DNA of 64,000 nt, from assembly GCA_964596615.1 (NCBI GenBank), contig CAZQUN010000001.1, positions 1,750-65,749 on the forward strand, written 5' to 3'. Made by a program: the position numbers and the translations under genes. Positions 1 to 10,124 of the stretch are shown in pieces. Below the pieces are notes generated by a model that worked only from the letters and a program-made list of their open reading frames with translations, did not search any database and was not told the DNA's origin. The stretch's first letter is position 1; every line of letters starts with the position of its first letter. The DNA comes from an uncultured Candidatus Saccharibacteria bacterium (GTDB taxonomy: Bacteria; Patescibacteriota; Minisyncoccia; Portnoybacterales; UBA2143).

Positions 1-182
1 GCCCCTATTAATTTAAGAGTTGAGTTTTCTGAAACCGCGATATCAACCAGCCGTCCATAAAGATACGGAATAACCGCAGCGATAGCAGAGCTAACCAAGG
101 CAACAGAGGCAATGAAATAAACCTTGCCCTTGTACTTCCTCAAATAGCCCCAGATAATTTTTGAGTCCTTAAATATTTCCAT
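1..182 (-). CDS. ABC transporter permease/ATP-binding protein (MdlB-like), N-terminal part; runs off the window edge
   Basis: Manual translation from ATG at 182: MEIFKDSKIIWGYLRKYKGKVYFIASVALVSSAIAAVIPYLYGRLVDIAV..., typical of an ABC exporter N-terminus (YLRxYK, TM helix, PYLxGRLVD). Confidence 0.65.
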   Translation of the reverse strand, partial: MEIFKDSKIIWGYLRKYKGKVYFIASVALVSSAIAAVIPYLYGRLVDIAVSENSTLKLIG

Positions 183-1305
183 TTCTAATATTCTTCTTAA
201 TTTCTTCCATAAACCGAGCCATAAACCAGAGATTATGATAAGTTGCCAGACGAGCACCAAGAATTTCCTTGGCTTTAAATAAATGATTTAAATAAGCTCG
301 GGAGTAATTCTGACAAACAGCACAAGAACAATTCTTCATAATCGGTTTTTTATCATTCTTGTATATTGATTTTAGAATATTTAACTCTCCCTGTGAAGTC
401 AGGAAAGTTCCATGCCGGGCTAATCTTGTCGGATAGACACAATCAAACAAATCTATTCCTCTCTTAACCGCCCCTTTAATATCATCCAAATAGCCAATGC
501 CCAATAAATGACGGGGTTTGTTTTCCGGTAAATAAGGAATAATCCAATCAAGGGTCTTATTCATTTCCTTTTTCCCAAAAGCGCCGCCAATGCCAAATCC
601 ATCAAAATCCAATTGACCAATATATTTCGCACTCTCAATTCTCAAATCCTTAAAAGTCCCACCCTGGACAATACCAAAAAGAAGCTGGTCTTTCCTCTTT
701 TTAGCTTTCAAACATCTTTCTGCCCATTGATGAGTTCTTTCTATTGCTTTTTTAGTGTAATTGTAATCATCTAAAGGCGAAGTACATTCATCAAAATTAA
801 AGATAATATCAGCCCCTAAATCCTCCTGGATTTTAATTGAAGTTTCCGGAGTAAAGCGATGTTTTGAACCATCCAAATAAGAAGTAAAGGTCACTCCATC
901 ATTGTCTATTTTAACCAATTTACCTCTTCTTGAATTCTTTCCTGAAACATCATTTTCTCCCTTAAATAGTTTTCCAACGCTCGAATCCAATCCAGCCCCT
1001 AAACTAAAAACTTGGAAGCCTCCGGAATCGGTTGTAATTGGACCAGACCAATTGATAAACTTATGAAGTCCGCCCATTTTTTTAATTAATTTATGACCGG
1101 GCTGTAAATACAAATGGTAGGTATTGGACAAGATTGCTTCAAAACCAATTTCTTTAATATCTTCCGGGGTTAAACTTTTAACCGTTGCTTTAGTTGCCAC
1201 AGGAAAAAAAGCCGGAGTTTGAATATTTCCGTGTTTTGTTTTAACCAGCCCTATTCGGGCTTTTGATTTTTTGCTTTTTTTTACAATCTTGAACATCGTA
1301 TCCAA
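169..1305 (-). CDS. tgt: tRNA-guanine transglycosylase
   Basis: Motifs TPAFFPVAT, NTYHL, TDSGGFQVFSL, GIVQGG, PRHLLG, DLFDCV, Zn site CSCAVC...HN. Start may be Met at 1296. Confidence 0.95.
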   Translation of the reverse strand: MDTMFKIVKKSKKSKARIGLVKTKHGNIQTPAFFPVATKATVKSLTPEDIKEIGFEAILSNTYHLYLQPGHKLIKKMGGLHKFINWSGPITTDSGGFQVFSLGAGLDSSVGKLFKGENDVSGKNSRRGKLVKIDNDGVTFTSYLDGSKHRFTPETSIKIQEDLGADIIFNFDECTSPLDDYNYTKKAIERTHQWAERCLKAKKRKDQLLFGIVQGGTFKDLRIESAKYIGQLDFDGFGIGGAFGKKEMNKTLDWIIPYLPENKPRHLLGIGYLDDIKGAVKRGIDLFDCVYPTRLARHGTFLTSQGELNILKSIYKNDKKPIMKNCSCAVCQNYSRAYLNHLFKAKEILGARLATYHNLWFMARFMEEIKKNIRNGNI

Positions 1306-1745
1306 TAACCAGTCGCTCCAAAAGCGACTGAAACATTTAATGATTCTTTTTTACCCGACATGGGCAAATGAATAATTTGATCAGCTTTTTTTAAAACACT
1401 CTTTGAAACTCCTTTAATTTCATTTCCAAGAACTAAAGCCAAAGGAAACTTTGGCTTGAATCGGGTATAGGGCAAACTATTTTTAGTTTGCTCTAGAACA
1501 ATGATATTAACTTTTTCTTTTTTAAGCTTATCAATTATTCGCCAAACTTGCCAGTGATGTTCCCAATCAACATTTTTTTCAGCGCCTAAAGCAGTTTTTG
1601 AAATTTTAGAATGAGGCGGTTGGCCGCAAATTCCAGTTAAAAAAACCTTGGTTACCCCCAAGGCATCAGCCGTTCGAAAGATTGAACCAATATTTTCCAA
1701 GCTGCGAATATTGTCGCAAATTACATAAAATCGTTGTTTTTTCAT
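1281..1745 (-). CDS. TrmH/SpoU family RNA methyltransferase
   Basis: NIRSLENIGSIFRTADA, LGNEIKGV, PMSGKKESLNVSVA SPOUT motifs. Confidence 0.9.
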   Translation of the reverse strand: MKKQRFYVICDNIRSLENIGSIFRTADALGVTKVFLTGICGQPPHSKISKTALGAEKNVDWEHHWQVWRIIDKLKKEKVNIIVLEQTKNSLPYTRFKPKFPLALVLGNEIKGVSKSVLKKADQIIHLPMSGKKESLNVSVAFGATGYWIRCSRL

Positions 1746-1759
1746 TATTTAAAGTTTTG

Positions 1760-1788
1760 GGGCTACCGATTTTAATATTCGGTAGCCC
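1760..1788 (-). terminator. Hairpin/terminator downstream of ORFan 1795-2127
   Basis: 10-bp perfect inverted repeat GGGCTACCGA...TCGGTAGCCC; the U-tract is weak. Confidence 0.55.
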
Positions 1789-1794
1789 ACAGAT

Positions 1795-2127
1795 TCAATA
1801 GTCGTTTCCGAGGCGAACTTCGTGAAATCTCTGATGCCTGAAAGCATCAAGGGGAATGCTCTTTTCTTTCTCTGGTTCCTGCTCAAAATCAAGTTTTATA
1901 CCCAACTCATGAAGAATCTGTAAAAATTCAAACATCAAGTCATTATACCGGTCCATATTAAAACATTTTAGAATTTTTCCCGAATACCGGTCCCGAAACT
2001 TAATGTTCACCCTAATGAGAAATGTTCTAATATGTTCTTCGTTAAATTCCCCAGAATCAAGAAGCTCTTTTGTTATTCCCTTAAATAATTTTCTTTGATC
2101 AGGTAAGAAAAATTTTTTTCTTTTCAT
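1795..2127 (-). CDS. Hypothetical protein (ORFan cassette)
   Basis: 110-aa ORF with its own promoter, AAGAGG upstream of the start and a downstream hairpin. Confidence 0.6.
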   Translation of the reverse strand: MKRKKFFLPDQRKLFKGITKELLDSGEFNEEHIRTFLIRVNIKFRDRYSGKILKCFNMDRYNDLMFEFLQILHELGIKLDFEQEPEKEKSIPLDAFRHQRFHEVRLGNDY

Positions 2128-2216
2128 TCCTGGCCTCTTCAGTTAAGTTAATGTGCATATACGCAATCACCACACCCTGCCTCCATCATAGGGTGCTTAT
2201 TGGCAATGTTATCAAT

Positions 2217-2245
2217 ACCATACCAAAAAGAACTTTAATTGTCAA
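2217..2245 (-). promoter_or_regulatory. sigma70 promoter for ORFan 1795-2127
   Basis: TTGACA-17 bp-TATGGT on the minus strand. Confidence 0.55.
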
Positions 2246-2247
2246 CC

Positions 2248-3264
2248 CTAAAATAATTTCTTGGCTTCTTGCCAAAAAGAATCATTACCATCTATTTTCC
2301 TCCGATACCACCATTCAACCCCCCAGAAATAGGCTTCGTCAAGGCCGGTCTTTTTAGTATATTGAATAATATTCTTGAAAGCAGCTAAATCCATTGACTT
2401 ATTCTGCTCTTCAACCGAGATTTCGTAAATCATTTTCTTACTCCAGGGTTCGCCCTGAAGTTCAACAATGAAAACTTTTTCTATTCCAGTCAGCCATTTA
2501 ACAAAATCTGCTCTTCTGCCGTAGAAAATTGAAGGAATTGGATATTTAAAATGGCCAAGCAAGTCATTCCAGATTGTCCGGTAAAGAGTTGTTCCTAAAA
2601 TATCGCCCTTAATGGCTGGCTGGGTCCAACTGCTTAATTCCCCACTGGCAGTCAAAAGAACCGGTCTTCCTTTTGGATCCAAGCTTTTGACAAGAGATAT
2701 TTCCTTATCAAGAAAATCTTTGTCCAAAGACGGACATTCGCCAAAACCTATTAAAAACGGCTCGTTTTCAACCTGCCAGATTTTAATTGAACTTTCATCC
2801 CGGTAATGCTTAACAACCTCCCCTATTACCCCTAATACCCTCTCCTGCTGTTCTGATTCGGGCATATCTCTCGCCCATCCGGGAATATGACATTCCGGCC
2901 AACGAGGAAGTTTCCTGCCAACCGCTAGGATAATCTCAACACCTCTTTTTCTGGCTTCCCTGATTTGCCAATCAAGATCATCAAAGAAAAAATTGTCTTT
3001 TTCCGGCTCAACATTCGGCCAATAAGCAATCAAACGCATTTTCCTGACCCCTAAATCATCAAGCATTTCGATATAGACCTCTTTCCACTCCAGGCCCATT
3101 TGCTCGGTAAACTGCTGACTGAATGTAACGCCAAAAGTAACCTCTCTTTCTGATTCGTCTCCGCCAAAGAAATAGAAAAAAGCAACAATACCAAGAACGA
3201 AAAACAAAAGAAGAAGTATTTTAATAATCCGCCAAGGACTTAAGATGTCTTTAAAAAACGCCAT
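2248..3264 (-). CDS. Membrane-anchored clan GH-A glycoside hydrolase (GH5/GH42-like)
   Basis: N-terminal TM; WQVENEP acid/base motif; VELQGEPW nucleophile region; FWGVEWWY. Confidence 0.75.
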   Translation of the reverse strand: MAFFKDILSPWRIIKILLLLFFVLGIVAFFYFFGGDESEREVTFGVTFSQQFTEQMGLEWKEVYIEMLDDLGVRKMRLIAYWPNVEPEKDNFFFDDLDWQIREARKRGVEIILAVGRKLPRWPECHIPGWARDMPESEQQERVLGVIGEVVKHYRDESSIKIWQVENEPFLIGFGECPSLDKDFLDKEISLVKSLDPKGRPVLLTASGELSSWTQPAIKGDILGTTLYRTIWNDLLGHFKYPIPSIFYGRRADFVKWLTGIEKVFIVELQGEPWSKKMIYEISVEEQNKSMDLAAFKNIIQYTKKTGLDEAYFWGVEWWYRRKIDGNDSFWQEAKKLF

Positions 3265-4171
3265 TTTGAAAAGCTAAAATTCCCAGACCAAGACCAATTA
3301 AGATAATGGCAATGGCTTTTTGAATAAGAGCTCCTTCGCTAATCTGTTCTTTAATGATCTGAGGAAATTTCCTGGAAAGAAAAATGCCAAGAACCAGAAG
3401 AAAAACATATTGAATCCCTTGAAGAGCATTAACCAGAGAAACGCTCCCCAAGAATATTGCGTAATTAAGCAGAATAAATCCTCCGGCTGAAAGGCCCTTG
3501 CTCAAAACAACCAAAATTCCAGTTCTGGCCTTTGTCCGACGACTTGAATCAAGGATGACCCGACGACTAGCCGGCAAGAGAAAAAGCAATCCAGCCCCTA
3601 AAATCCCTCCAGAGCGAATCCAAATAAAGCCGTTGATAAAGGGCTGATAAGAAAATATGTATTTAGTCAAAACAAATGACCCAGAGAAGAATAAAGCAGC
3701 TAACAGAGCAATCGGCAACCTCTTGATTAAAGGTTGTCGACCGGGAACCCTTTTGCCTTTTCTCGGCCAAAGCATAACCATTCCACCCAGGACGAACAAA
3801 GAAAAAGCAATTAATTGTTCGCTGCCCAATCTTTCAGATAGGAATAGATAGCTTAAAATTAGGGTAAAAATGGGAACAGCCCCGCCAATAATAGGAGTAA
3901 TTCTTGAAACCTCGCCTATTTGAATTGACTTGTAGAAAAACAAAACAGCCAGGACAAAGAAAGTGCCGGCTGAAAAACTAATAATTATCTGGCTAACCGG
4001 CAAAAGATTAAAACCAAAGGGAATTAAAACCAAGGCCAGAGCGCCAAAAATCCCGACATAAAAAGCATAAGCTGCCGGCCGGAGATGAGTCCGGGAAAGA
4101 ATATATTTATCAATAACAAAAACAACCGCTGAAATGGAATGAGCAAAAATAGCAATTAGAAGCCAGTTCAT
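3251..4171 (-). CDS. EamA/DMT family transporter
   Basis: About 10 TM segments in two repeats; GEVSRITP, LSERL. Confidence 0.85.
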   Translation of the reverse strand: MNWLLIAIFAHSISAVVFVIDKYILSRTHLRPAAYAFYVGIFGALALVLIPFGFNLLPVSQIIISFSAGTFFVLAVLFFYKSIQIGEVSRITPIIGGAVPIFTLILSYLFLSERLGSEQLIAFSLFVLGGMVMLWPRKGKRVPGRQPLIKRLPIALLAALFFSGSFVLTKYIFSYQPFINGFIWIRSGGILGAGLLFLLPASRRVILDSSRRTKARTGILVVLSKGLSAGGFILLNYAIFLGSVSLVNALQGIQYVFLLVLGIFLSRKFPQIIKEQISEGALIQKAIAIILIGLGLGILAFQNGVF

Positions 4172-5349
4172 AATTTATTCTCCTGACAAATTTTAGCGTA
4201 CTCAAACGCGCTTAGCCTAATCTTCCTTTCAAAGGATTGGTAATTAACTTCGATTAAACCAAATCTTGGCCAAAAACCCTTATCCCACTCAAAGTTATCA
4301 AGCAAAGACCAATAAAAATACCCTCCGACTTTAATTCCCTCTTCTATGGCTTTATGCGTCCAGCGCAGATGATCTCTAATGAAATCGATTCTTTTCTTAT
4401 CATCTCTATCAGCAATTCCGTTTTCAGTAATATAGATCGGCTTATTGTATTTTTTCAAACCTTTCAAAACATGGTAAATACCTTTTGGATAAATTTCCCA
4501 GCCCAGGTCATTAATAGATTCATTTTTATTACCAAAAAGACGTTGATGGAAATAGTAATTCAGACCAATAAAATCCATTTCTATCTTATTCAAAAAATAT
4601 TTATTCCAGAAATATCCAATCAAGGGAATATTTTCAAAAGCGATATTGTTTTTTGAAATTCCAATCTGGCAATCTAAATCAATCAGACAAAGAGAAGAAT
4701 AGGCCAACTGATGAGCTTTAGCCAGATTTTTAAGAACCTTAAAATATTTAAAAATACTTTTTTTCTGGGGAGGCCAAACACCCCGGTAATATGAATTGGA
4801 AGCATAGATATTCGGCTCATTAATCGTTATCCAGAACCTAACATCATTAAATAAATTCTCTCCGATAATCTTAACATAACGGTCAAAATAGTACGGCGCT
4901 TTCGGATTCAACCAGCCACCTTTTTCAGCTAGCCAATTGGGCAGAGTAAAATGCCAGAGAGTAACAAAAGGTTCAATCCCCCTTTCCCGCAGCGCTTTCA
5001 AAACCTGACGGTAGTGCTCGATTTCTTTTTGATCAATTTTTCCTTCTTTCGGCTCTGTTCTTGACCATTCAATTGAAAAACGATGAGCATTATGATTTAA
5101 TTCCTTAGCCAAATCAAAATCCTCCTTAAAATGATGGTAATGGTCGCAAGCCCGGCCGGAAATATATGTTTTCTCATTAAACATTTCTGGGAATTTCTCC
5201 CGTTGCCATTTCTGCCAATAGGTTTTCGACTCTTTAACCAATCTTTTAGCATTCTCCTTTTCCCATTCTGACCAATCATTAAGATTGCCCCCTTCAACCT
5301 GATGAGAGCTGGTCGCCGCGCCCCAATAAAAGTTGTCCGGAAACCTCAT
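4168..5349 (-). CDS. Glycoside hydrolase family 1 (beta-glucosidase-like)
   Basis: FYWGAATSSHQVEG, RFSIEWSR, TINEP, ITENG, WSLLDNFEW. Start at 5349 gives an ATGA overlap with mutM. Confidence 0.95.
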   Translation of the reverse strand: MRFPDNFYWGAATSSHQVEGGNLNDWSEWEKENAKRLVKESKTYWQKWQREKFPEMFNEKTYISGRACDHYHHFKEDFDLAKELNHNAHRFSIEWSRTEPKEGKIDQKEIEHYRQVLKALRERGIEPFVTLWHFTLPNWLAEKGGWLNPKAPYYFDRYVKIIGENLFNDVRFWITINEPNIYASNSYYRGVWPPQKKSIFKYFKVLKNLAKAHQLAYSSLCLIDLDCQIGISKNNIAFENIPLIGYFWNKYFLNKIEMDFIGLNYYFHQRLFGNKNESINDLGWEIYPKGIYHVLKGLKKYNKPIYITENGIADRDDKKRIDFIRDHLRWTHKAIEEGIKVGGYFYWSLLDNFEWDKGFWPRFGLIEVNYQSFERKIRLSAFEYAKICQENKL

Positions 5350-6161
5350 TTCTGGCATTTAGGACAATAAAAAGTTGAACGAGTGTTCATCTTTATTCTC
5401 TTAATTTTACCTCCGCAAACAGGACAAGATTGTCCCTCCTTTTGATAAACTTTAGCAATTGACAAAAAATTACCTTTTTGACCCTGGGCATCTAGATAAT
5501 CATTAGCCGAACTGCCTTTCTTTTTAATCGCCAAATTAAGAATTCTTTTAACCGAAGAATAAATCTTTTTAATTTCTTCTTGTTTTAATGTTTCTACTTT
5601 TCGAATTGGCAGAACCTTAGCCAGAAAAAGAATTTCACTCGCATAAATATTGCCAATCCCGACAATAAAGGTCTGATCCATTAAAAGAGTCTTTATCTTG
5701 GATTTTTTTCTTTTTTCTAATAACTCCCTGAATAATTTAAGATTAAATTCTTTTGATAAGGGTTCTGGTCCGTATTTTTCTTTTTCAATTAAATCATTCA
5801 ATCCTTTTTTATCAACAATTTTAACATAGCCGAATTGTCTCAAATCATTATGAACCAAACGATTCTTGCCGGATAAATAATAGACCAAATGGCTGTGCTT
5901 CCCAACCTCCCCATTATAAATCACCTGCCCGCTTAATTTAAGGTGGATAATCAGAAAATGCTTGTTAGACAATTCAATAATGAGAAGTTTTCCCCTTCGG
6001 GAAAAATTAACAATCTTTTTTCCTTCAACCAGCTTTTTAAAATCCTTTAAAGGATGTTTAACTAGTTTAGCCAGATGAACATCAACTTTTTCTATCTTTT
6101 TCCCTTTAACTATTCCATTCAACTGGGATTTAATTGTTTCAACTTCAGGTAATTCCGGCAT
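5346..6161 (-). CDS. mutM: Formamidopyrimidine-DNA glycosylase
   Basis: MPELPEVET N-terminus, RRGK, GIGNIYASE, C-terminal Zn finger CPVC...CPKCQ. Confidence 0.96.
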   Translation of the reverse strand: MPELPEVETIKSQLNGIVKGKKIEKVDVHLAKLVKHPLKDFKKLVEGKKIVNFSRRGKLLIIELSNKHFLIIHLKLSGQVIYNGEVGKHSHLVYYLSGKNRLVHNDLRQFGYVKIVDKKGLNDLIEKEKYGPEPLSKEFNLKLFRELLEKRKKSKIKTLLMDQTFIVGIGNIYASEILFLAKVLPIRKVETLKQEEIKKIYSSVKRILNLAIKKKGSSANDYLDAQGQKGNFLSIAKVYQKEGQSCPVCGGKIKRIKMNTRSTFYCPKCQK

Positions 6162-6164
6162 ATT

Positions 6165-7220
6165 TTACTCCCTGGGCGGTTCCTTGTATTGGCTAGTAAC
6201 CAGAACATCTTTTAGGGCATCAATATCTTCTAAAACCATGCCTGTTCCCCGGACAACCGCTGTTAAAGGATCTTCGACTAATTTAACCGGCATTTCAGTC
6301 TGTTCCTCGATTAATTCATTTAGGCCCCGTAAAAGACCGCCGCCGCCGACTAAATATATTCCTCTTTTCATAATATCAGCGACCAATTCCGGCGGAGTTT
6401 CTTCAATACTTGACTTAATTTCATTGACCAGGGTTTTAACCGACCGGGACAAGGCCTTTCTTATCTGGCTGTCGTCAATAGTAATTTCTTTTGGTAATCC
6501 GGTAACAATATCCCTTCCTCTCATACTGGTTTCCAGTCTTTCTTCCAAGTGATAGGCCGAACCAATTTCTAATTTAATATCTTCAGCAGTTTTTTCTCCC
6601 AATAAAAGATTAAATTCATCTCTGGCGTAGTTAATAATATCCTCATTTAATTTATCGCCGGCGGTTCGTAAACTCCGCGAAACAACAATTCCTCCCAAAG
6701 AAATGACGGCAACCTCAGTTGTTCCCCCGCCAATATCAACAATCATATTGCCGGCGGCTTCCTGAACTGGTAATCGGATTCCAATTGCTGCCGCCATTGG
6801 TTCTTCAATCAGATAAACCTCTCTCGCTCCGGCGCTCCGAGTCGCATCTTCAACTGCCTTTTTTTCAACTTCGGTTACTCCCGAAGGAATACCGACCGCT
6901 ATTCTTGGCCGGGGAAGAATGGAAAAACTTTCCCGATGGACTTTGTCAATAAAGAATTTGAGCATTTGTTCGGTAACTTCAAAATCAGAAACAACTCCGG
7001 CAACTAAAGGCCGGGAGGCAATAATGTGTCCCGGCGTCCGACCAACCATTTTCTTGGCTTCCTGGCCAATTGAAAGAATTTGGCCGGTTTTCTGATTAAC
7101 AGCCACGACCGAAGGCTCATTGATAACAATGCCCCGGCCTTTAACATAGACCAGGGTATTGGCAGTTCCTAAATCAATACCAATGTCTTTTGAAAAAAAT
7201 CCAAAGAGATTATTAAGCAT
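6165..7220 (-). CDS. mreB: Rod shape-determining protein MreB (copy 1)
   Basis: DLGTANTLV, EPSVVA, EEPMAAAIG, DIGGGTTEVA. Confidence 0.95.
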   Translation of the reverse strand: MLNNLFGFFSKDIGIDLGTANTLVYVKGRGIVINEPSVVAVNQKTGQILSIGQEAKKMVGRTPGHIIASRPLVAGVVSDFEVTEQMLKFFIDKVHRESFSILPRPRIAVGIPSGVTEVEKKAVEDATRSAGAREVYLIEEPMAAAIGIRLPVQEAAGNMIVDIGGGTTEVAVISLGGIVVSRSLRTAGDKLNEDIINYARDEFNLLLGEKTAEDIKLEIGSAYHLEERLETSMRGRDIVTGLPKEITIDDSQIRKALSRSVKTLVNEIKSSIEETPPELVADIMKRGIYLVGGGGLLRGLNELIEEQTEMPVKLVEDPLTAVVRGTGMVLEDIDALKDVLVTSQYKEPPRE

Positions 7221-7221
7221 A

Positions 7222-8457
7222 TTAACTTAAAACTTTAGCAACCTCCTCTATTCTAACCAATTCCGTCTTATCGCTTTCCCTCTTTTTTATTTCAACCGAA
7301 TCTTCTTTAATGGTCTTATCGCTAACAACCACCCGATAAGGAATACCAATCAAATCTGCATCAGCAAACTTCTCCCCGGCCGATTTATCCTCCCGGTCAT
7401 CATAGAGAACTTCAATCTCGTTTTTAATTAAATCCTGATAAAGTTTATCAGCCGTTTCTTTTATTCCCTCCAGGCCAATTAAATGAACCTTAAAAGGCGC
7501 GACAATCTCCGGCCAGATTATTCCCTTTTGATCATGGGACTTTTCAACCAGAACTCCCATTGCCCGGGTCGTCCCCCAGCCATAGCAGCCCATAAAAGGA
7601 TGTTTCTTTTTTCCTTTTTCATCAGTATAAGTCAGGTCAAAATCCTTACCATATTTCTGACCCAAATCAAAAACATTGCCAACTTCGGATGCCCGGGCTT
7701 TCTTGAGTTTGCCTTTTTTGCAGCCGGGACAATCATCGTTTTCCTTGTTTTTAGCAATTTCAAGATTAACGCAGAACTCGCAGGAAGGACAATACAGAAT
7801 ATTATCTTCGCCGGCATCAGTTAAAACCATGAATTCGTAGGAAACTTTTTCAGTAAAATCTCCCCCCGAAGCCTCGGTTACCTTGGCAACTAAACCCAAC
7901 CTTTTGTAGGATTCTAAATATGCTTTCTTAACAACTTCGTAAAATTCTTCAAAATCCTCCTGGCTTTCGTGAAAACTATACATATCTTTCATTTCAAACT
8001 CCCGACTTCTTAAAAGCCCCGATTTAGCTCTTAACTCATCCCTGAATTTCCAATGAATCTGATAGACAGATAAGGGTAAATCCTTGTAGCTCTGGATTGT
8101 TTCTTTAACTAAAGGAGTGACAATTTCTTCGTGGCTTTGGCCAAGGGCATAATCTTTATCAGTCCGGCTCTTGACTTTGAATAAAACATCAATATTATCC
8201 CAGCCACCGGTCTTTTTCCAGTTCTCGGCCGGATGAAGAGAAGGCATTAAAATCTCTTGTCCGCCAATTTTATCCATTTCTTCCCTGATAACATTTCTAA
8301 TCTTTTCTAGAACTAAAAGGCCAAGGGGTAGGTATGAATAAACCCCGGCCATGACTTTATAAACAAAACCGGCTCTAATTAAAAGCTGAGCATTAAGAGT
8401 TACCTTATCCTTAGGCGCTTGTTTAATTGTTTTGGTAAAAAGCTTTGATTGTCTCAT
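7222..8457 (-). CDS. proS: Proline-tRNA ligase, short form without INS editing domain
   Basis: MRQSKLF, HEEIVT, KFRDELRAKSGLLRSREFEMKDMYSF, MGCYGWG, GEKFADADLIGIP. Confidence 0.93.
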   Translation of the reverse strand: MRQSKLFTKTIKQAPKDKVTLNAQLLIRAGFVYKVMAGVYSYLPLGLLVLEKIRNVIREEMDKIGGQEILMPSLHPAENWKKTGGWDNIDVLFKVKSRTDKDYALGQSHEEIVTPLVKETIQSYKDLPLSVYQIHWKFRDELRAKSGLLRSREFEMKDMYSFHESQEDFEEFYEVVKKAYLESYKRLGLVAKVTEASGGDFTEKVSYEFMVLTDAGEDNILYCPSCEFCVNLEIAKNKENDDCPGCKKGKLKKARASEVGNVFDLGQKYGKDFDLTYTDEKGKKKHPFMGCYGWGTTRAMGVLVEKSHDQKGIIWPEIVAPFKVHLIGLEGIKETADKLYQDLIKNEIEVLYDDREDKSAGEKFADADLIGIPYRVVVSDKTIKEDSVEIKKRESDKTELVRIEEVAKVLS

Positions 8458-8458
8458 A

Positions 8459-9562
8459 TTAGAATAATCTTACCACATCTCGCCAAGTAATGGCGAGCAT
8501 TAAAAGAATCAAAACAACGAAACCAATTGTATGAGAAATTCCTTCAATCTTCTGACTAACCGGCGACCCCTTAATTTTCTCTATCGCCAGGAAGAGCAGA
8601 CGACCGCCATCAAGGGCCGGGAATGGCAGAATATTAATAATGGCCAGATTAATGCTTAAAATTGCGGTGAACTGGAGGATATAGATAAAGCCTAATTGGG
8701 CTGCCTGTCCGGTTAAAGAAAATATGTAAACCGGGCCGCCGCCATCAATCATAGCTCCCCCAGTAGTTAATAGCTGCCAGATTAAACTAGCCAAAGTTAC
8801 AACAATTACCCCAATTAAAGTCAAGGCGCTGACAAAGCCCATCCAGATCGCCTGATACCAGGGCAATGAAACAATGGCTGTTTCTGACAAACCGATTCCT
8901 AAAGGCCCGTCATTTTCAGAAAAACTCGTCCGGGCAAATATCCTTTCTTCAAAAACTTCCTGACCCCTTTCGAGAACAACTCTGATTTCCTGACCCTTAT
9001 GAGCGTTGATAAATGACTGGGCCTGTTCTGTTGTTGTGATTAATAGGGTTTCTTTTCCGAATGATAATTCTTTAATAGTATCGCCGATTCTTATCCTGGC
9101 TTCTTCAGCCGGAGAACCGGAAACAATCTGGGTAATTTGAACTTTAACATCTTTGAAATCATCCGTCTGGCCTTCGTTAATAATTGTCGGCAAACCAATA
9201 AAGTGGCCGATGCTTAATAAAAGGGCGGCTAAAAGAAAATTCATTATTACCCCGGATGATATAATCCAGATTCTTTTTCTGATTGATTGGTTGTAAAATG
9301 CTCTTTTCTCGTTTTCGGAACCAGCTTTTCCTTTTTTGCCGTCCTCACCAAAAATTTTAACAAAGCCGCCGATAGGCAAAAGGTTGAGAGAATAAATTGT
9401 TTCTCCTCTTTTAATGCCAAAAATCCTTGGTGGCAAGCCAAAGCCAAATTCCTCAATTTTAATTCCAGCCCGTTTAGCTGTAATAAAATGACCCAACTCA
9501 TGGACAAAGACCAAAAGCCCAAGAACCAGAATAAAAACAATAATTATTAGAAGTATTTCCAT
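8459..9562 (-). CDS. rseP: RIP metalloprotease RseP (M50, PDZ)
   Basis: HELGH, LLPIGGFV, NILPFPALDGG. Confidence 0.93.
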   Translation of the reverse strand: MEILLIIIVFILVLGLLVFVHELGHFITAKRAGIKIEEFGFGLPPRIFGIKRGETIYSLNLLPIGGFVKIFGEDGKKGKAGSENEKRAFYNQSIRKRIWIISSGVIMNFLLAALLLSIGHFIGLPTIINEGQTDDFKDVKVQITQIVSGSPAEEARIRIGDTIKELSFGKETLLITTTEQAQSFINAHKGQEIRVVLERGQEVFEERIFARTSFSENDGPLGIGLSETAIVSLPWYQAIWMGFVSALTLIGVIVVTLASLIWQLLTTGGAMIDGGGPVYIFSLTGQAAQLGFIYILQFTAILSINLAIINILPFPALDGGRLLFLAIEKIKGSPVSQKIEGISHTIGFVVLILLMLAITWRDVVRLF

Positions 9563-9565
9563 ATA

Positions 9566-10123
9566 TTAAACTGTCATTATTTCCCCCTCTTTTTTCTTTT
9601 TCATCTCGTCAATCTTCTGATTATACTCATCAACGATTTTCTGAAGTTCATCTTTACCCCTAAATTTATCATCTTCCGTTATTTCCTTCCTCTGTTCTAA
9701 ATCCTGAATTTGCCGCCAGGCTTCTTCCCTTTGCCGACGAACGCTAACTCGGCATTCCTCTACTTTTTCATGAAGAATCTTGGTTAATTCCTTTCTCCTT
9801 TCCTCGCTTAAAGGAGGAATTTGTAAACGAATTGAATCATTGTCAACTACCGGACTTAATCCTAATTTTGACTGACCAATCGCTTTTTCAATTGTCGGAA
9901 TAATGTTCTTATCCCAGGGACGAACAATCATTAAACGGGGTTCCGGAGATTGAATAGCGGCTAATTGTTTTAAGGGCATTTTTTGGTCATAGACCTCAAC
10001 TTCCAGATTCTCTAAAAGACTCGGTGTTGCCCGGCCGGCCTGAAGACCAGCCATTTCTTCTTTGAGATAATTAATGGTTCTTTCAAGGCTGGGCTTAATT
10101 TTATCAATAATTTCCTTATACAT
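9566..10123 (-). CDS. frr: Ribosome recycling factor
   Basis: GRATPSLL, IPPLSEERRKEL, ITEDD. Start set to MYKEIID. Confidence 0.95.
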   Translation of the reverse strand: MYKEIIDKIKPSLERTINYLKEEMAGLQAGRATPSLLENLEVEVYDQKMPLKQLAAIQSPEPRLMIVRPWDKNIIPTIEKAIGQSKLGLSPVVDNDSIRLQIPPLSEERRKELTKILHEKVEECRVSVRRQREEAWRQIQDLEQRKEITEDDKFRGKDELQKIVDEYNQKIDEMKKKKEGEIMTV

Positions 10124-10124
10124 A

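Noticed and set aside
2172-2196. Hairpin with GGAGG in its loop in the leader of ORFan 1795-2127, as a riboswitch
   Set aside because: I could not match it to any riboswitch consensus by eye; an Rfam/Infernal search would be needed.
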